Below are positions 7,232 to 15,462 of a DNA stretch of 20,000 bases, in pieces. The notes below the pieces were generated by a model. That model saw only the letters and a list, made by a program, of their open reading frames with translations. It did not search any database and was not told the origin of the DNA. Position numbers and translations under genes: made by a program. This DNA is from an uncultured virus (IMG/VR IMGVR_UViG_3300027153_000004). Taxonomy: Duplodnaviria > Heunggongvirae > Uroviricota > Caudoviricetes. Numbering within the stretch: the first letter of the stretch is position 1; every line of letters starts with the position of its first letter. Location: the IMG/VR virus record IMGVR_UViG_3300027153_000004; one strand, given 5' to 3'.

Positions 7232-9247
7232 ATGGCTTTTTCCATTCTTGAACACCTCGCCAAACTGGAGCCGAGCGACCATGCAGGCAAATACATCTGC
7301 CCTGCGTGCGGTGGCAACGACCTGTCCGTGAACGAAGGGAACGGAGCATACAACTGCTTCAATGACGACAGTCCGAAGCATCGTGCAGAAATTCGTAACA
7401 TTCTTGCTCCTCTAGAGCGCTGGGAACGTCCCATGCGCGAAGCAAAACGCTATTCGTTCCCCTATCAAAATCGCAATCGCGAAGACGTGATAGTCGTCAC
7501 GCGAGATGACACTTCTGGCAAGAAAAGCATTTCGCAAGACTATCCCACTGCCAATAATGTAAGTGGCAAGCGTTCTGAAATTGTCAAACAACTTCGCAAG
7601 AACGTTCTTCCCTATCGCTATTACGATGCCATTGAAGCATCAGCAGCTTCAGGCCTGCCCATCTTCATTGTTGAAGGCGAACTGACTGCTGATAGGCTTT
7701 GGGAAATCGGCCTGCCTTCTAGCACGTTTCTTGGTGGCAGCGGACAATATCGTGCGAACGGTGACTATTCGCAACTGTTTCGCGGGCAGAAAGTAGTTCT
7801 ATGTCCTGATCGTGATGAGCCTGGCGTGGCTCTCATGAAGGAGGTGGCTGCAGACAATCCCAATGCGCAATGGTGCTACGCGGATCCAAGCAGCTTTGAA
7901 TGGGACAATCTGCCTCAGAAAGGAGGCTATGACTTAGCCGACTGGCTTGATGATGGTGCAGATCAAGATGCCATTCTTTCATCCATCGTCTCAAAGGATA
8001 GGCACGAAGGGAAAGACGGGCTCCCTTCTTACGAGGAGATCATTGGCACGTTTGAGCGCATGGTTGGTCTCTACAACAACGATGCCCGCATTGCCTATGA
8101 AGCTCGCCAATGGATGGATGCTCATGGCGTCAAGCTGAATTCACAAGAAATCGACAAGCTGCTTTCTGAAGCACGCGGTCGCGTACATGGCAAAGAGGAA
8201 ATGGAAATCCTCGATGCAAAAGCAATTGCACAGTCTGAAGACTCAAGGAAGTGGACTATTGCTGGCATTCTTCCTGAAAGTAGCGTGATGCTGCTAGCTG
8301 CAGCTCCCGGAAGTGGCAAGAGCACAATCGTCTACAACTGGGCTTTGCACGTTGCCACTGGTAAAGATTGGAGCAATCGCCGTTGCAAGAAAGGGAAAGT
8401 GCTCATCATTCAATGCGACGAGCCAGTTGTTGATGCTGCAGAAAAGCTTCAAATTATTGGCTACGACGATGATGCACTAGGCAATGGTCAGATTGATTTC
8501 ATTGATCGCTGGCGCTTTAGTAACATCCCCCAGCTCCTTTCTTACGTGCAGCGCCACCAGCCACAGCTCATCATGATTGATAGTCTCACTTCATGCTTGG
8601 CTGGCATGGATGTAGATCTCATCCGTTCTGATGCTGGTAATTGCATTTACGAACTGCGCGACATTGCCAATCAATATGGTTGCTCCATTGTCATCCTTCA
8701 CCACTTGAATAAAAGTGGTGGTATTCGTGATAGCTCCAGCTTTGAAGCCAACGTTAGTGAAGTGGTGAAACTCTATCGCACTGACAATAATCCTGATTCA
8801 ACGCAGTTCATGTTTGAATGGACCAAGAGCCGAAGTGGCTTAGCTGGTAAGCATTTCATGCAGCGTGATCCTGCCACTTATGGCTGGTATTACAAAGGGC
8901 CTGCAGTGGGTGGCAATGAGAGCATGGATAATCTCGTCAATATGATCAACTCTCGCAAGCACGAGCGTTTCGATAGGAAGGCTGCTGCTAATGCTTCTGG
9001 CTCATGGGACACGGTAAGCGTGGGACGTTTGCTGGAAGTGGCACGTCGTCAAGGCTTGATTGACACCAGCTTCATTGTTGGTCCCAATGGTGAACGCACC
9101 AGGATGTACCAAAGCTGGGCTTATGAAGCTCCAGATGTTGATTTTGAGCCTGTTCCCGCTCAGGAAGAAGCTCCCCAAGAAGAGCCTGTTCCCATTGTTC
9201 CCAATGAAAGTCTTCCCGAAGGGGAAGACGATGATGAGTGGTTCTGA
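7232..9247 (+). CDS. Primase-helicase fusion (Zn-binding domain, TOPRIM, RepA/AAA_25 helicase)
   Basis: YICPACGG...YNCF; IFIVEGE..AD; CPDRDEPG; GYDLADW; Walker A AAPGSGKS; Walker B LIMIDS; ILHHLNK; KSR; acidic tail DDDEWF. Confidence 0.92.
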   Translation: MAFSILEHLAKLEPSDHAGKYICPACGGNDLSVNEGNGAYNCFNDDSPKHRAEIRNILAPLERWERPMREAKRYSFPYQNRNREDVIVVTRDDTSGKKSISQDYPTANNVSGKRSEIVKQLRKNVLPYRYYDAIEASAASGLPIFIVEGELTADRLWEIGLPSSTFLGGSGQYRANGDYSQLFRGQKVVLCPDRDEPGVALMKEVAADNPNAQWCYADPSSFEWDNLPQKGGYDLADWLDDGADQDAILSSIVSKDRHEGKDGLPSYEEIIGTFERMVGLYNNDARIAYEARQWMDAHGVKLNSQEIDKLLSEARGRVHGKEEMEILDAKAIAQSEDSRKWTIAGILPESSVMLLAAAPGSGKSTIVYNWALHVATGKDWSNRRCKKGKVLIIQCDEPVVDAAEKLQIIGYDDDALGNGQIDFIDRWRFSNIPQLLSYVQRHQPQLIMIDSLTSCLAGMDVDLIRSDAGNCIYELRDIANQYGCSIVILHHLNKSGGIRDSSSFEANVSEVVKLYRTDNNPDSTQFMFEWTKSRSGLAGKHFMQRDPATYGWYYKGPAVGGNESMDNLVNMINSRKHERFDRKAAANASGSWDTVSVGRLLEVARRQGLIDTSFIVGPNGERTRMYQSWAYEAPDVDFEPVPAQEEAPQEEPVPIVPNESLPEGEDDDEWF

Positions 9248-9339
9248 CTGTCTCGCAATAGGAGGGAGGCTCTATTGCACAGCCTCCCCGCTGCCTACCG
9301 TAGCGAGCAGCTTTCTTCAGTATAGACAAAAGACTAACG

Positions 9340-9360
9340 GGGGCTCAAGCCCCCTTTTTT
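9340..9360 (+). terminator. Intrinsic terminator after the primase-helicase
   Basis: GGGGC-TCAA-GCCCC followed by a T run; a second hairpin GGGAGGCT...AGCCTCCC lies at 9264-9288. Confidence 0.7.
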
Positions 9361-9702
9361 GTGCCAATTTCCTCACTGGCCCTCTTGTGAAAATTTGGCG
9401 GGGGTGAGTAAACTGGTTCCGGAATGTCCCGCGAGTATCCCAGAGATCTCAGACGAGCATTCCAGGGGGCTACAAGCCTACGCTGCCTGGCCATCCAGAG
9501 CAAGCGGAGCCCCCCAGGGCGAAGCGCCTCGATCATCAGGCCAAGATTCCCTAAAAGGAACAGGCCAGACGAGGCCTCAAACCTCCGCAATGCCGCTCTA
9601 GCCAGAGTGGAGCCCCACAGGGCGGAACGTTCCAGACGAAAGGCAAACAAGCCTTCAAACAAAAAGAACGTTACTAACATTGCAAAGGAAACTACCAAAG
9701 CA

Positions 9703-9939
9703 ATGCTTCTACCGCCTCAGCCAGTAGAAAAGCTCCCTCTGCTGGAGCACAATGGAGCAGAAATTCTGCCAATCATTCATCACGGCTTTTCAAAACCCGC
9801 TAAAGGGCCGCAACCAGCGGCCCGTACGCTTTACGGAGCCCGTGATAACAATGGTGAGCGCCATTGGCGCGGAAGCTTGCATGAAATCCAGCAATTGATT
9901 GATGGTGGTTTCGCCGTGCAGGAGCAAGCCAATGCGTGA
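9703..9939 (+). CDS. Hypothetical protein (MLLPPQPVEKLP...)
   Basis: 3' part of track ORF 9424-9939; the upstream part is Arg/Pro/Ser-rich and looks non-coding, so ATG 9703 is preferred. Confidence 0.6.
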   Translation: MLLPPQPVEKLPLLEHNGAEILPIIHHGFSKPAKGPQPAARTLYGARDNNGERHWRGSLHEIQQLIDGGFAVQEQANA

Positions 9940-10147
9940 ATTCTGCACCAACCCAAAGGATTGCATGGCTCTTGCTTACGAGCGTGAAGCTGAGCATGAA
10001 ATGGACTCTCGCGGGCTAGATGCTGCTTATGCAGAAATCGTTGATAGCTTCCACAAAGAAATGGAAGAATTTATTAGGAAGTATTGCCCTAAAAAGCTAA
10101 ATGAGTTTGATGATCTGTTAGAAAAAGCTTTCTGGCAGTATCATTGA
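9932..10147 (+). CDS. Hypothetical acidic helical protein
   Basis: ATG at 9932 overlaps the previous ORF end. Confidence 0.65.
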   Translation: MREFCTNPKDCMALAYEREAEHEMDSRGLDAAYAEIVDSFHKEMEEFIRKYCPKKLNEFDDLLEKAFWQYH

Positions 10148-10150
10148 ACC

Positions 10151-10324
10151 ATGCTTAATTCAGGCGATGATCTTCAGCGTCTCATTGATGATGCCATTCG
10201 TCGCCATGAAATCAGAGTGGCACTATGGAGCGGCGCATTAGGCGCCGCTCTTCTATTAGGCACGTTCCATGCCATTGCATTGCTTCGTCATGAATTACAC
10301 TCCCTCACCATTGTCACAAGCTGA
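10151..10324 (+). CDS. 57-aa membrane protein (MLNSGDDLQRLIDDAIRRHEIRVALWSGALGAALLLGTFHAI...)
   Basis: Manual translation; AACC-ATG start; IDDAIRRH followed by a TM helix, resembling small cyanophage proteins. Confidence 0.65.
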   Translation: MLNSGDDLQRLIDDAIRRHEIRVALWSGALGAALLLGTFHAIALLRHELHSLTIVTS

Positions 10325-10460
10325 ATGGGAAGAGCTTTGTATGTTGAAGCAAGCCATTGATGATGCTCCGGCCACTGTCGTGGCCTCGCGCATGGAACGT
10401 TTCACAGAATTATTTGTTCGTACTCTCCATGGAAAGGGAGATACCATGAGGGGCGCATAG
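10290..10460 (+). CDS. Small cyanophage-type hypothetical protein (LSQAEWEELCMLKQAI...MERFTELFVRTL)
   Basis: ORF in gene run; two-helix pattern. Confidence 0.65.
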   Translation: MNYTPSPLSQAEWEELCMLKQAIDDAPATVVASRMERFTELFVRTLHGKGDTMRGA

Positions 10461-10502
10461 CCAAAAGCTTCGCTTACAATGCGAGAAGCAAAATAATAAA
10501 GA

Positions 10503-11258
10503 ATGCCTCGTCCTGAAATTGAATTTGCTACGCCTGAAGAAGAAGAGGCTTATGCACGAAAAGCTTTAGCAAAGGCTGGCGTTCCAATTTCACAATACGA
10601 AGCCATTCGTGAGCATAAATCAAAAGGCGGTACAGCCGGTCCTGGCATCTACACCAAAGAGATGCTTGGCGTTAGGCGATGGATGGTGCAGGAGCTTCTT
10701 GCAGCAAAAATGAGCAATCGTCAGATTGCGAATGTTCTTAAACTCAGCAAAGAAACAGTTAATGGTGATCGCCATTTCAACCGCGATCTCTATACGCAAG
10801 AAATCTTGAAGAATCAAGATACGCACAGGGCGCGTCTCTTGAAAGAACAAATGGAGCTAAAAGACTTAGCTCTTCGTAGCTTTGAAAATAGTAAGCGCAA
10901 GAAAGTAGTCACCATTATGGACGGTGGTGACGATGGTAGCAAGGAGATGGTGAAGATTGAAGAAAGTGCTGGCGACGCATCGTTCCTTAACGTGGCCAAG
11001 AATTCCCTGGTGGAACAAGCAAAGTTGCTTGGCTTGAACGAAATCAAGCAAGTGGAAAACCAAGACACCTCCTATAGGAAATTCCTGAAAGATTTGTCTT
11101 CCACCATTGAAAAGGAGAAGGAAGCCAAAGCAACGGAAGAACGCCGAAGCAATTCTCTTCCTGCGTCTGCTGAGACTATTAGCTTCGATGCAGAACCAGA
11201 AAACGAGCCACTTCCTGACGCCATGCCTTTACAAACAATTAATGAAGATGACTATTGA
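10503..11258 (+). CDS. HTH protein, putative terminase small subunit
   Basis: HTH MSNRQIANVLKLSKETVNGD; helical region; AGDASFL...EQAKLLGL resembles TerS-like proteins; acidic tail. Confidence 0.55.
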   Translation: MPRPEIEFATPEEEEAYARKALAKAGVPISQYEAIREHKSKGGTAGPGIYTKEMLGVRRWMVQELLAAKMSNRQIANVLKLSKETVNGDRHFNRDLYTQEILKNQDTHRARLLKEQMELKDLALRSFENSKRKKVVTIMDGGDDGSKEMVKIEESAGDASFLNVAKNSLVEQAKLLGLNEIKQVENQDTSYRKFLKDLSSTIEKEKEAKATEERRSNSLPASAETISFDAEPENEPLPDAMPLQTINEDDY

Positions 11259-11283
11259 CAATGGTCCTTAATGGGACCATTAT
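11255..11283 (+). promoter_or_regulatory. Sigma70 promoter with overlapping palindromic operator
   Basis: TTGACA-N17-CATTAT; AATGGTCC-N6-GGACCATT inverted repeat at 11260-11281. Confidence 0.65.
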
Positions 11284-11306
11284 GAGCCCATCTTCTCCCT
11301 TTTCCA

Positions 11307-11732
11307 TTGGACGCTTTTGATTCCGTCGACCAGTTTCTACGGCAAGCTGTAGCCGCTAAAGATGGCAAGCGGCAAGCTATCGGCGCTTCAATCTCGCCTC
11401 ACTTGCAGGACCATGGCACTGTAGGCATTCCGCCGAAACTGGCCAAGACCATAGAAGCCATGCTGCAGAAGCATGGCGACGAAACCTACCGGCAAGTGGC
11501 CCTGTTCTGCCTGGGCAAATGGTTTGAGCTGCACATTGGCATGTTTGAGGAACTCATTGGTGAAGAGCCCAGTATGGCTTGTAGCTGCCTAATGGACTCC
11601 ACTCGCATTGCTGATGCTCTCCATCTCCTTTCAGAAATTAATAGCATTGGAGGCGACGGCGGATGGCGCACCATGCTTGAAGAAACGCTCAGTCAGCACA
11701 TTCTTGAAGAGCTTGAAGAGGAGAGTTGGTAA
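11307..11732 (+). CDS. Hypothetical helical protein
   Basis: 141-aa ORF, TTG start just after a promoter. Confidence 0.7.
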   Translation: MDAFDSVDQFLRQAVAAKDGKRQAIGASISPHLQDHGTVGIPPKLAKTIEAMLQKHGDETYRQVALFCLGKWFELHIGMFEELIGEEPSMACSCLMDSTRIADALHLLSEINSIGGDGGWRTMLEETLSQHILEELEEESW

Positions 11733-11902
11733 TGGCTGCAACGTGCCGCACATTCTTGATCACCACTTACGAAGGCAAGAAAATCGCCCTTGGGGCGATT
11801 TCCGCAAAACAAGCTGAACACTTTATGCTTGCCATGCGTCCCGATGTGAGGATTGCAATGATTGAAGAAATTCCTCCGCTTCCCGAAGACCCCAAATTAT
11901 GA
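11732..11902 (+). CDS. 56-aa hypothetical protein (MAATCRTFLITTYEGKKIALGAISAKQAEHFMLAMRPDVRIAMIEEIPPLPEDPKL)
   Basis: Manual translation; TAATG coupling upstream and ATGA coupling downstream. Confidence 0.7.
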   Translation: MAATCRTFLITTYEGKKIALGAISAKQAEHFMLAMRPDVRIAMIEEIPPLPEDPKL

Positions 11903-12069
11903 TTTTCTCTTTCCATTGCTCTGACATCACTGGGCATATTCGCCTGGGAGATTTCTGTTTTCAATGGAGAAATAGTTTTCTTCTTGGCACAATGTATGAC
12001 GGCTTTGGTGAAAGCCTTCTAATCATCGGCAATCGTTCTTTTCGTTTCGGACAATTCCGTTTCATCTAA
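11899..12069 (+). CDS. 56-aa Phe-rich hypothetical protein (MIFSFHCSDITGHIRLGDFCFQW...)
   Basis: Manual translation; ATGA-coupled; stops 2 nt before the next ATG. Confidence 0.6.
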   Translation: MIFSFHCSDITGHIRLGDFCFQWRNSFLLGTMYDGFGESLLIIGNRSFRFGQFRFI

Positions 12070-12071
12070 TC

Positions 12072-12491
12072 ATGGACTTTCAGCTCTCCCTTGTTGAAGA
12101 GCATTCTCTGCCTCGCATGGTTCACATTTGCATTCCTCCTCAATTGCGAGAAGAAGCACAAGCTTTAGCCATGGAGAATCCGCCCATTCATCCTGCATGG
12201 CGAAAGGCTCAACAACGTGGTAGACATTTTGTCATTGCCACCAATGAGCTAGATGACATTACGGAACTTGCCGACTTTGCTCGTACCAACATTGAAGAGC
12301 CTGAAGGGCCGATGAGCAAGCCAAAGCGACAGGCTTATCAAATCCTGCTGGATAGGGCATTCAGGCATGCTGAGCTAATGCCAGTGGGCTCTTGCCATGC
12401 CATTGCCATTAAATGGCGAGACAAGCCTTTGCCTATCACCAAAAATCTAAGCATCGCCACACAGGCTTTGCGCAAGCCACGAGCTTTGTAA
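12072..12491 (+). CDS. Hypothetical protein
   Basis: 139-aa ORF in operon. Confidence 0.7.
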   Translation: MDFQLSLVEEHSLPRMVHICIPPQLREEAQALAMENPPIHPAWRKAQQRGRHFVIATNELDDITELADFARTNIEEPEGPMSKPKRQAYQILLDRAFRHAELMPVGSCHAIAIKWRDKPLPITKNLSIATQALRKPRAL

Positions 12492-12583
12492 CGATTTATG
12501 AACGGCCCCCTTGATAGGGGGCCTTTTGCTGGCACACTATGCACATGCGACGGCGAACGTCGCTAGCCCTCTGCTTCACCATC

Positions 12584-12916
12584 GTGACCGTCTCCTTCAA
12601 TCACCTACTGCCCAACCATCCTGTTTCTGCTTTTAAGGATGGAGAGCTTGCCATGCACTTTGGCCAGCCAATGGTGACGCGCAGCTTCTCCATGGGAGAT
12701 CTGCAAGAATTCATTTGCACCATTGAAAAGGCTATTGATGAAGAGCCTAACGTCGTGCAACAACTGGCCCTGGAGCGCATTCGTTGTGCTTTTGTTGTGA
12801 GCTTGGACATGCTCAAGCAGAATCATGAAGAGCTTCAAAAAGAGGCTCCTCTTGGTGCTGATTTTGAAGAATATCTAATGAACTACAACAATGCCATTAA
12901 AGGAGGCAAACTGTGA
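12584..12916 (+). CDS. Hypothetical protein
   Basis: GTG at 12584 after a promoter/hairpin module (track start 12539). Confidence 0.65.
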   Translation: MTVSFNHLLPNHPVSAFKDGELAMHFGQPMVTRSFSMGDLQEFICTIEKAIDEEPNVVQQLALERIRCAFVVSLDMLKQNHEELQKEAPLGADFEEYLMNYNNAIKGGKL

Positions 12917-13089
12917 GCACGCCCAAAGATGTGCTTTCAGACGCTATTTTTAATTACTTTGATAATGACAATGGCGATGAGTTCATCAAAGATCTCGCGG
13001 AATTGTTGGCGCAAGATAGGGATCATCATCTTAGGAAATTTCGCGCTATCTCTCATGCCTACGAACAACTCTTTGGCCAAAGCTTCTGA
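12913..13089 (+). CDS. 58-aa hypothetical protein (MSTPKDVLSDAIFNYFDNDNGDEFIKDLAELL...)
   Basis: Manual translation; GTGA coupling and an upstream GGAGG. Confidence 0.65.
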   Translation: MSTPKDVLSDAIFNYFDNDNGDEFIKDLAELLAQDRDHHLRKFRAISHAYEQLFGQSF

Positions 13090-13228
13090 TCCATTGTTGG
13101 ATTGGGATTATGACAAACGAAGCGTGATGCAACTTGCTACGGCAAAGCTTGAACGTAGGCTTCAATACTGGCGAGAGAAAGAGCAGGAGGAAATCCTGAA
13201 GCGATATCGTCTCGTCACTTCCATCTAG
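13055..13228 (+). CDS. Hypothetical protein (MPTNNSLAKASDPLLDWDYD...)
   Basis: 3' part of track ORF 12929-13228. Confidence 0.55.
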   Translation: MPTNNSLAKASDPLLDWDYDKRSVMQLATAKLERRLQYWREKEQEEILKRYRLVTSI

Positions 13229-13265
13229 CCAAATTGCCAATTTCTACACACTACGAGGTTCAACA

Positions 13266-13475
13266 ATGACTCAAGAACATCCCATCACCCCAATGAGCGA
13301 CTTCCACCCCGCACCATTCGATGACTTTTCCACCGAACTGCGCGATCCGTGGCCCGTTGTGGAGCGGCTACGCATGGCACTGCGCGAGGCCGAGCGCTAC
13401 TGCCTCGGCGCTGAAAACACCACCGGGCAGTGCATCACATCCCTTCTTGAAATTCTTCCTGACGAAGATGACTGA
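13266..13475 (+). CDS. Hypothetical protein
   Basis: 69-aa ORF overlapping the next start. Confidence 0.6.
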   Translation: MTQEHPITPMSDFHPAPFDDFSTELRDPWPVVERLRMALREAERYCLGAENTTGQCITSLLEILPDEDD

Positions 13476-13719
13476 CTTCCGAGCGCTGTGCGCCCGCATG
13501 GCTGACGAGCTGGACCATTACCGGCAGCTTTTGATGGATGACCGACGCGAAGCACATGCGTTGGCGACAGAAGCCCGCGCCGCACTTGCTCAGCCCAAGC
13601 CGCCGAGCTTGAAGGAGCAGGCGCTTGCATTGATAAGCCACGATCCTGAGAATCAACCCTTCCTAAGTGAGAAGGGTATTGCGATCATCCGCCGCGCTCT
13701 TGAATCCCTGCCTGAGTAA
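13468..13719 (+). CDS. Cyanophage-type hypothetical protein (MTDFRALCA...ARAALAQP..PSLKEQAL...IRRALESLPE)
   Basis: ATG at 13468; modular motifs recalled from picocyanophage accessory genes. Confidence 0.7.
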   Translation: MTDFRALCARMADELDHYRQLLMDDRREAHALATEARAALAQPKPPSLKEQALALISHDPENQPFLSEKGIAIIRRALESLPE

Positions 13720-13724
13720 GTACC

Positions 13725-13937
13725 ATGACCCATCAGATTGAACCTGTCGAATTCATCAAACCTGATTTTGCTTACATCTATGCCAAAGTTGCTAGGCATG
13801 TAGCAGCAGCTTATGCTGTATGCGGTTATGACGAACACGTTTTAGATAAAGAACTTCGATTGGCAATGGAAGCTATTGAATTGTTTGAAAAAGCAAGCAT
13901 GACCATTTACTCTGTTATTCCTAATCCTAAGAATTAG
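13725..13937 (+). CDS. Hypothetical protein
   Basis: 70-aa ORF, ACC-ATG start. Confidence 0.6.
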   Translation: MTHQIEPVEFIKPDFAYIYAKVARHVAAAYAVCGYDEHVLDKELRLAMEAIELFEKASMTIYSVIPNPKN

Positions 13938-13961
13938 TAGTCAACATCATTTCTCTTCCTC

Positions 13962-14204
13962 ATGACAAAACTTACACCCGCTGCAGAAGCAGTCCACAAT
14001 GCTTTTTGGTCTGGGCATGAGTATCCAGATAGTCTCAGCAATGAAGATCTTGCTGCTGCTCTTCGTGCTGCAGTTGATGAGGTGATCTCGCCTGTACCAC
14101 CACCTTGTTCAGATTCTGATGAATACCAACGAGGTTTTCTAGCCGCTCACATTAAATATCGAACGCTACTCCTTATTCTTGCCGACGAACTAGAAACCCA
14201 GTAG
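13962..14204 (+). CDS. Cyanophage-type hypothetical protein (LTPAAEAV...LAAALRAAVDEV...LADELE)
   Basis: 80-aa ORF with a recurrent phage helical motif. Confidence 0.7.
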   Translation: MTKLTPAAEAVHNAFWSGHEYPDSLSNEDLAAALRAAVDEVISPVPPPCSDSDEYQRGFLAAHIKYRTLLLILADELETQ

Positions 14205-14265
14205 TCCGATCAACTAATCATCAATTATCAGGATTTCCAATAAACGCCATTTATCAAGAATCCTG

Positions 14266-14433
14266 CTAAAGCCCCGTAAGGGGCTTTTTCTTTGCCCAAG
14301 TGGTATCGCCAGGAAGAGGTTCAGTGGCATATTCAAACGTATCGTAATCTGGCTCATTGCGAGGATCATACATTTCCCCGCTTGCCATCCATCGCTTAAG
14401 CCTTTCCCTTTCCTGCTCTGCAGAAAGCTTCAT
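14266..14433 (-). CDS. 55-aa hypothetical protein (MKLSAEQERERLKRWMASGEMYDPRNEPDYDTFEYATEPLPGDTTWAKKKPLTGL)
   Basis: Manual translation; protein-like composition; fills an otherwise empty interval. Confidence 0.6.
   Translation of the reverse strand: MKLSAEQERERLKRWMASGEMYDPRNEPDYDTFEYATEPLPGDTTWAKKKPLTGL
14268..14289 (+). terminator. Intrinsic (possibly bidirectional) terminator
   Basis: AAAGCCCC-GTAA-GGGGCTTTTT between convergent genes. Confidence 0.75.
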
Positions 14434-14519
14434 GATCGGCTGATCTTGTATTGGTCGAGTCTAGCTAGCAAGGTATGAGAGCTTGTTGCACAAGCTCCCA
14501 CTGTGCAACAGTGGCCAAG

Positions 14520-14728
14520 CAAAAGAAAAGGGGCCTTACAGCCCCTTTTCTTCACACCCTCCGATGCCCCTTTCCCTAAAGATACAAGGGAGATGATGCG
14601 CCTCGCAGGAGACCATGCAAAAACTCCTTGGCTAAGCCATACGGCTTTGCCCGCATCATCAGAGGCGTCCACCCTCACGGCTCGCCCAAAGACGAGAGCA
14701 GCAATTAAGCCGCTAGGACCGAGTGCTT
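14520..14728 (-). ncRNA. Candidate structured non-coding RNA (~210 nt)
   Basis: Extended -10 TGTTATGCT at 14733-14741, at least seven helices with G-U pairs favouring the minus strand, 3' intrinsic terminator. Confidence 0.55.
14521..14552 (-). terminator. Intrinsic terminator ending the RNA candidate (may be bidirectional)
   Basis: Perfect 12-bp inverted repeat AAGAAAAGGGGC-N6-GCCCCTTTTCTT. Confidence 0.75.
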
Positions 14729-14839
14729 CAAAAGCATAACACACCTCGTCGGCTCGGCAGCAACGATTGAATTCATGGCACAATGGGCATTGCCTTGTCG
14801 GAGACGACTTGGCCCTCGCTAGTTCTTTCGTACTATTTG

Positions 14840-15190
14840 ATGAAACGTTTCCTTTTCTCCCTCCTGCTGCTCTGCCCCTTACAAGCGCAAGCAGCAACAC
14901 TCCAATGTGGTCGCGCCTCGCACTACGGCATTGGCGACGGTTATCACGGACAACGAGCTGCTAACGGCTCTCGCTTTGACGCTTACGCCCTCACTGCTGC
15001 TCACCCCTGGCTTCCATTTGGCACAAAAGTGCTGGTAAAGAATCGCAACAATGGAAAGTCAGTGGTAGTGACAATCAATGATCGAGGCCCATACTACGGG
15101 GGCCGCATCTTGGACTTGTCCTACGGCAGCTTCTCTCGCATTGCTTCTCCTTCTCAAGGCGAAGCCTCCATCTGCATTTCAAAGCTATGA
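14840..15190 (+). CDS. rlpA: RlpA-like (double-psi beta-barrel) lytic transglycosylase with signal peptide
   Basis: [18 protein letters not shown] signal; [40 protein letters not shown]. Confidence 0.9.
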   Translation: MKRFLFSLLLLCPLQAQAATLQCGRASHYGIGDGYHGQRAANGSRFDAYALTAAHPWLPFGTKVLVKNRNNGKSVVVTINDRGPYYGGRILDLSYGSFSRIASPSQGEASICISKL

Positions 15191-15384
15191 AAGACGCAGC
15201 TTCATTCCTGCTAGTGAGCCTGATCTTTGGGCTCGGTGCTTTTGCCATTGCAGCCTCCCCCAATGTGCTCCCTAACAAGGAAGGCCTTGACAAGTGCATG
15301 CAGCTCCACCCTGAGCGCTACTGCCGCATTGCCAACGGCTTCCCCGTGGAAAGGCTTGACAGCCCGGTTCAACTGAGCCTATAG
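15187..15384 (+). CDS. Small secreted/membrane protein
   Basis: N-terminal hydrophobic helix, Cys pair ([11 protein letters not shown]); ATGA-coupled to rlpA. Confidence 0.65.
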   Translation: MKDAASFLLVSLIFGLGAFAIAASPNVLPNKEGLDKCMQLHPERYCRIANGFPVERLDSPVQLSL

Positions 15385-15424
15385 TTCCCTCGGTCGATGG
15401 GAAAGGAGCCTCGCAAGAGGCTCC
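15356..15424 (+). promoter_or_regulatory. Sigma70 promoter plus GNRA leader hairpin
   Basis: TTGACA-N18-TATAGT; GGAGCCTC-GCAA-GAGGCTCC at 15405-15424. Confidence 0.65.
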
Positions 15425-15462
15425 CCCTTTCTTCCTCGTTCCTTCGCTGGCGACAGCTCCTC

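Noticed and set aside
13934..14220. GTAGTC motif after the stops of two adjacent genes
   Set aside because: Only two short copies in the window; not enough to call a cassette junction repeat.
14600..14665. Hammerhead ribozyme suggested by CUGAUGA on the minus strand
   Set aside because: The stem after CUGAUGA is not followed by GAAA and no stem III/UH cleavage site can be built; the motif is itself base-paired.
14430..14964. Track ORFs 14430-14900 (-), 14503-14739 (+) and 14767-14964 (+)
   Set aside because: They cross a strong terminator or overlap rlpA and lack protein-like features; the RNA structure explains the region better.
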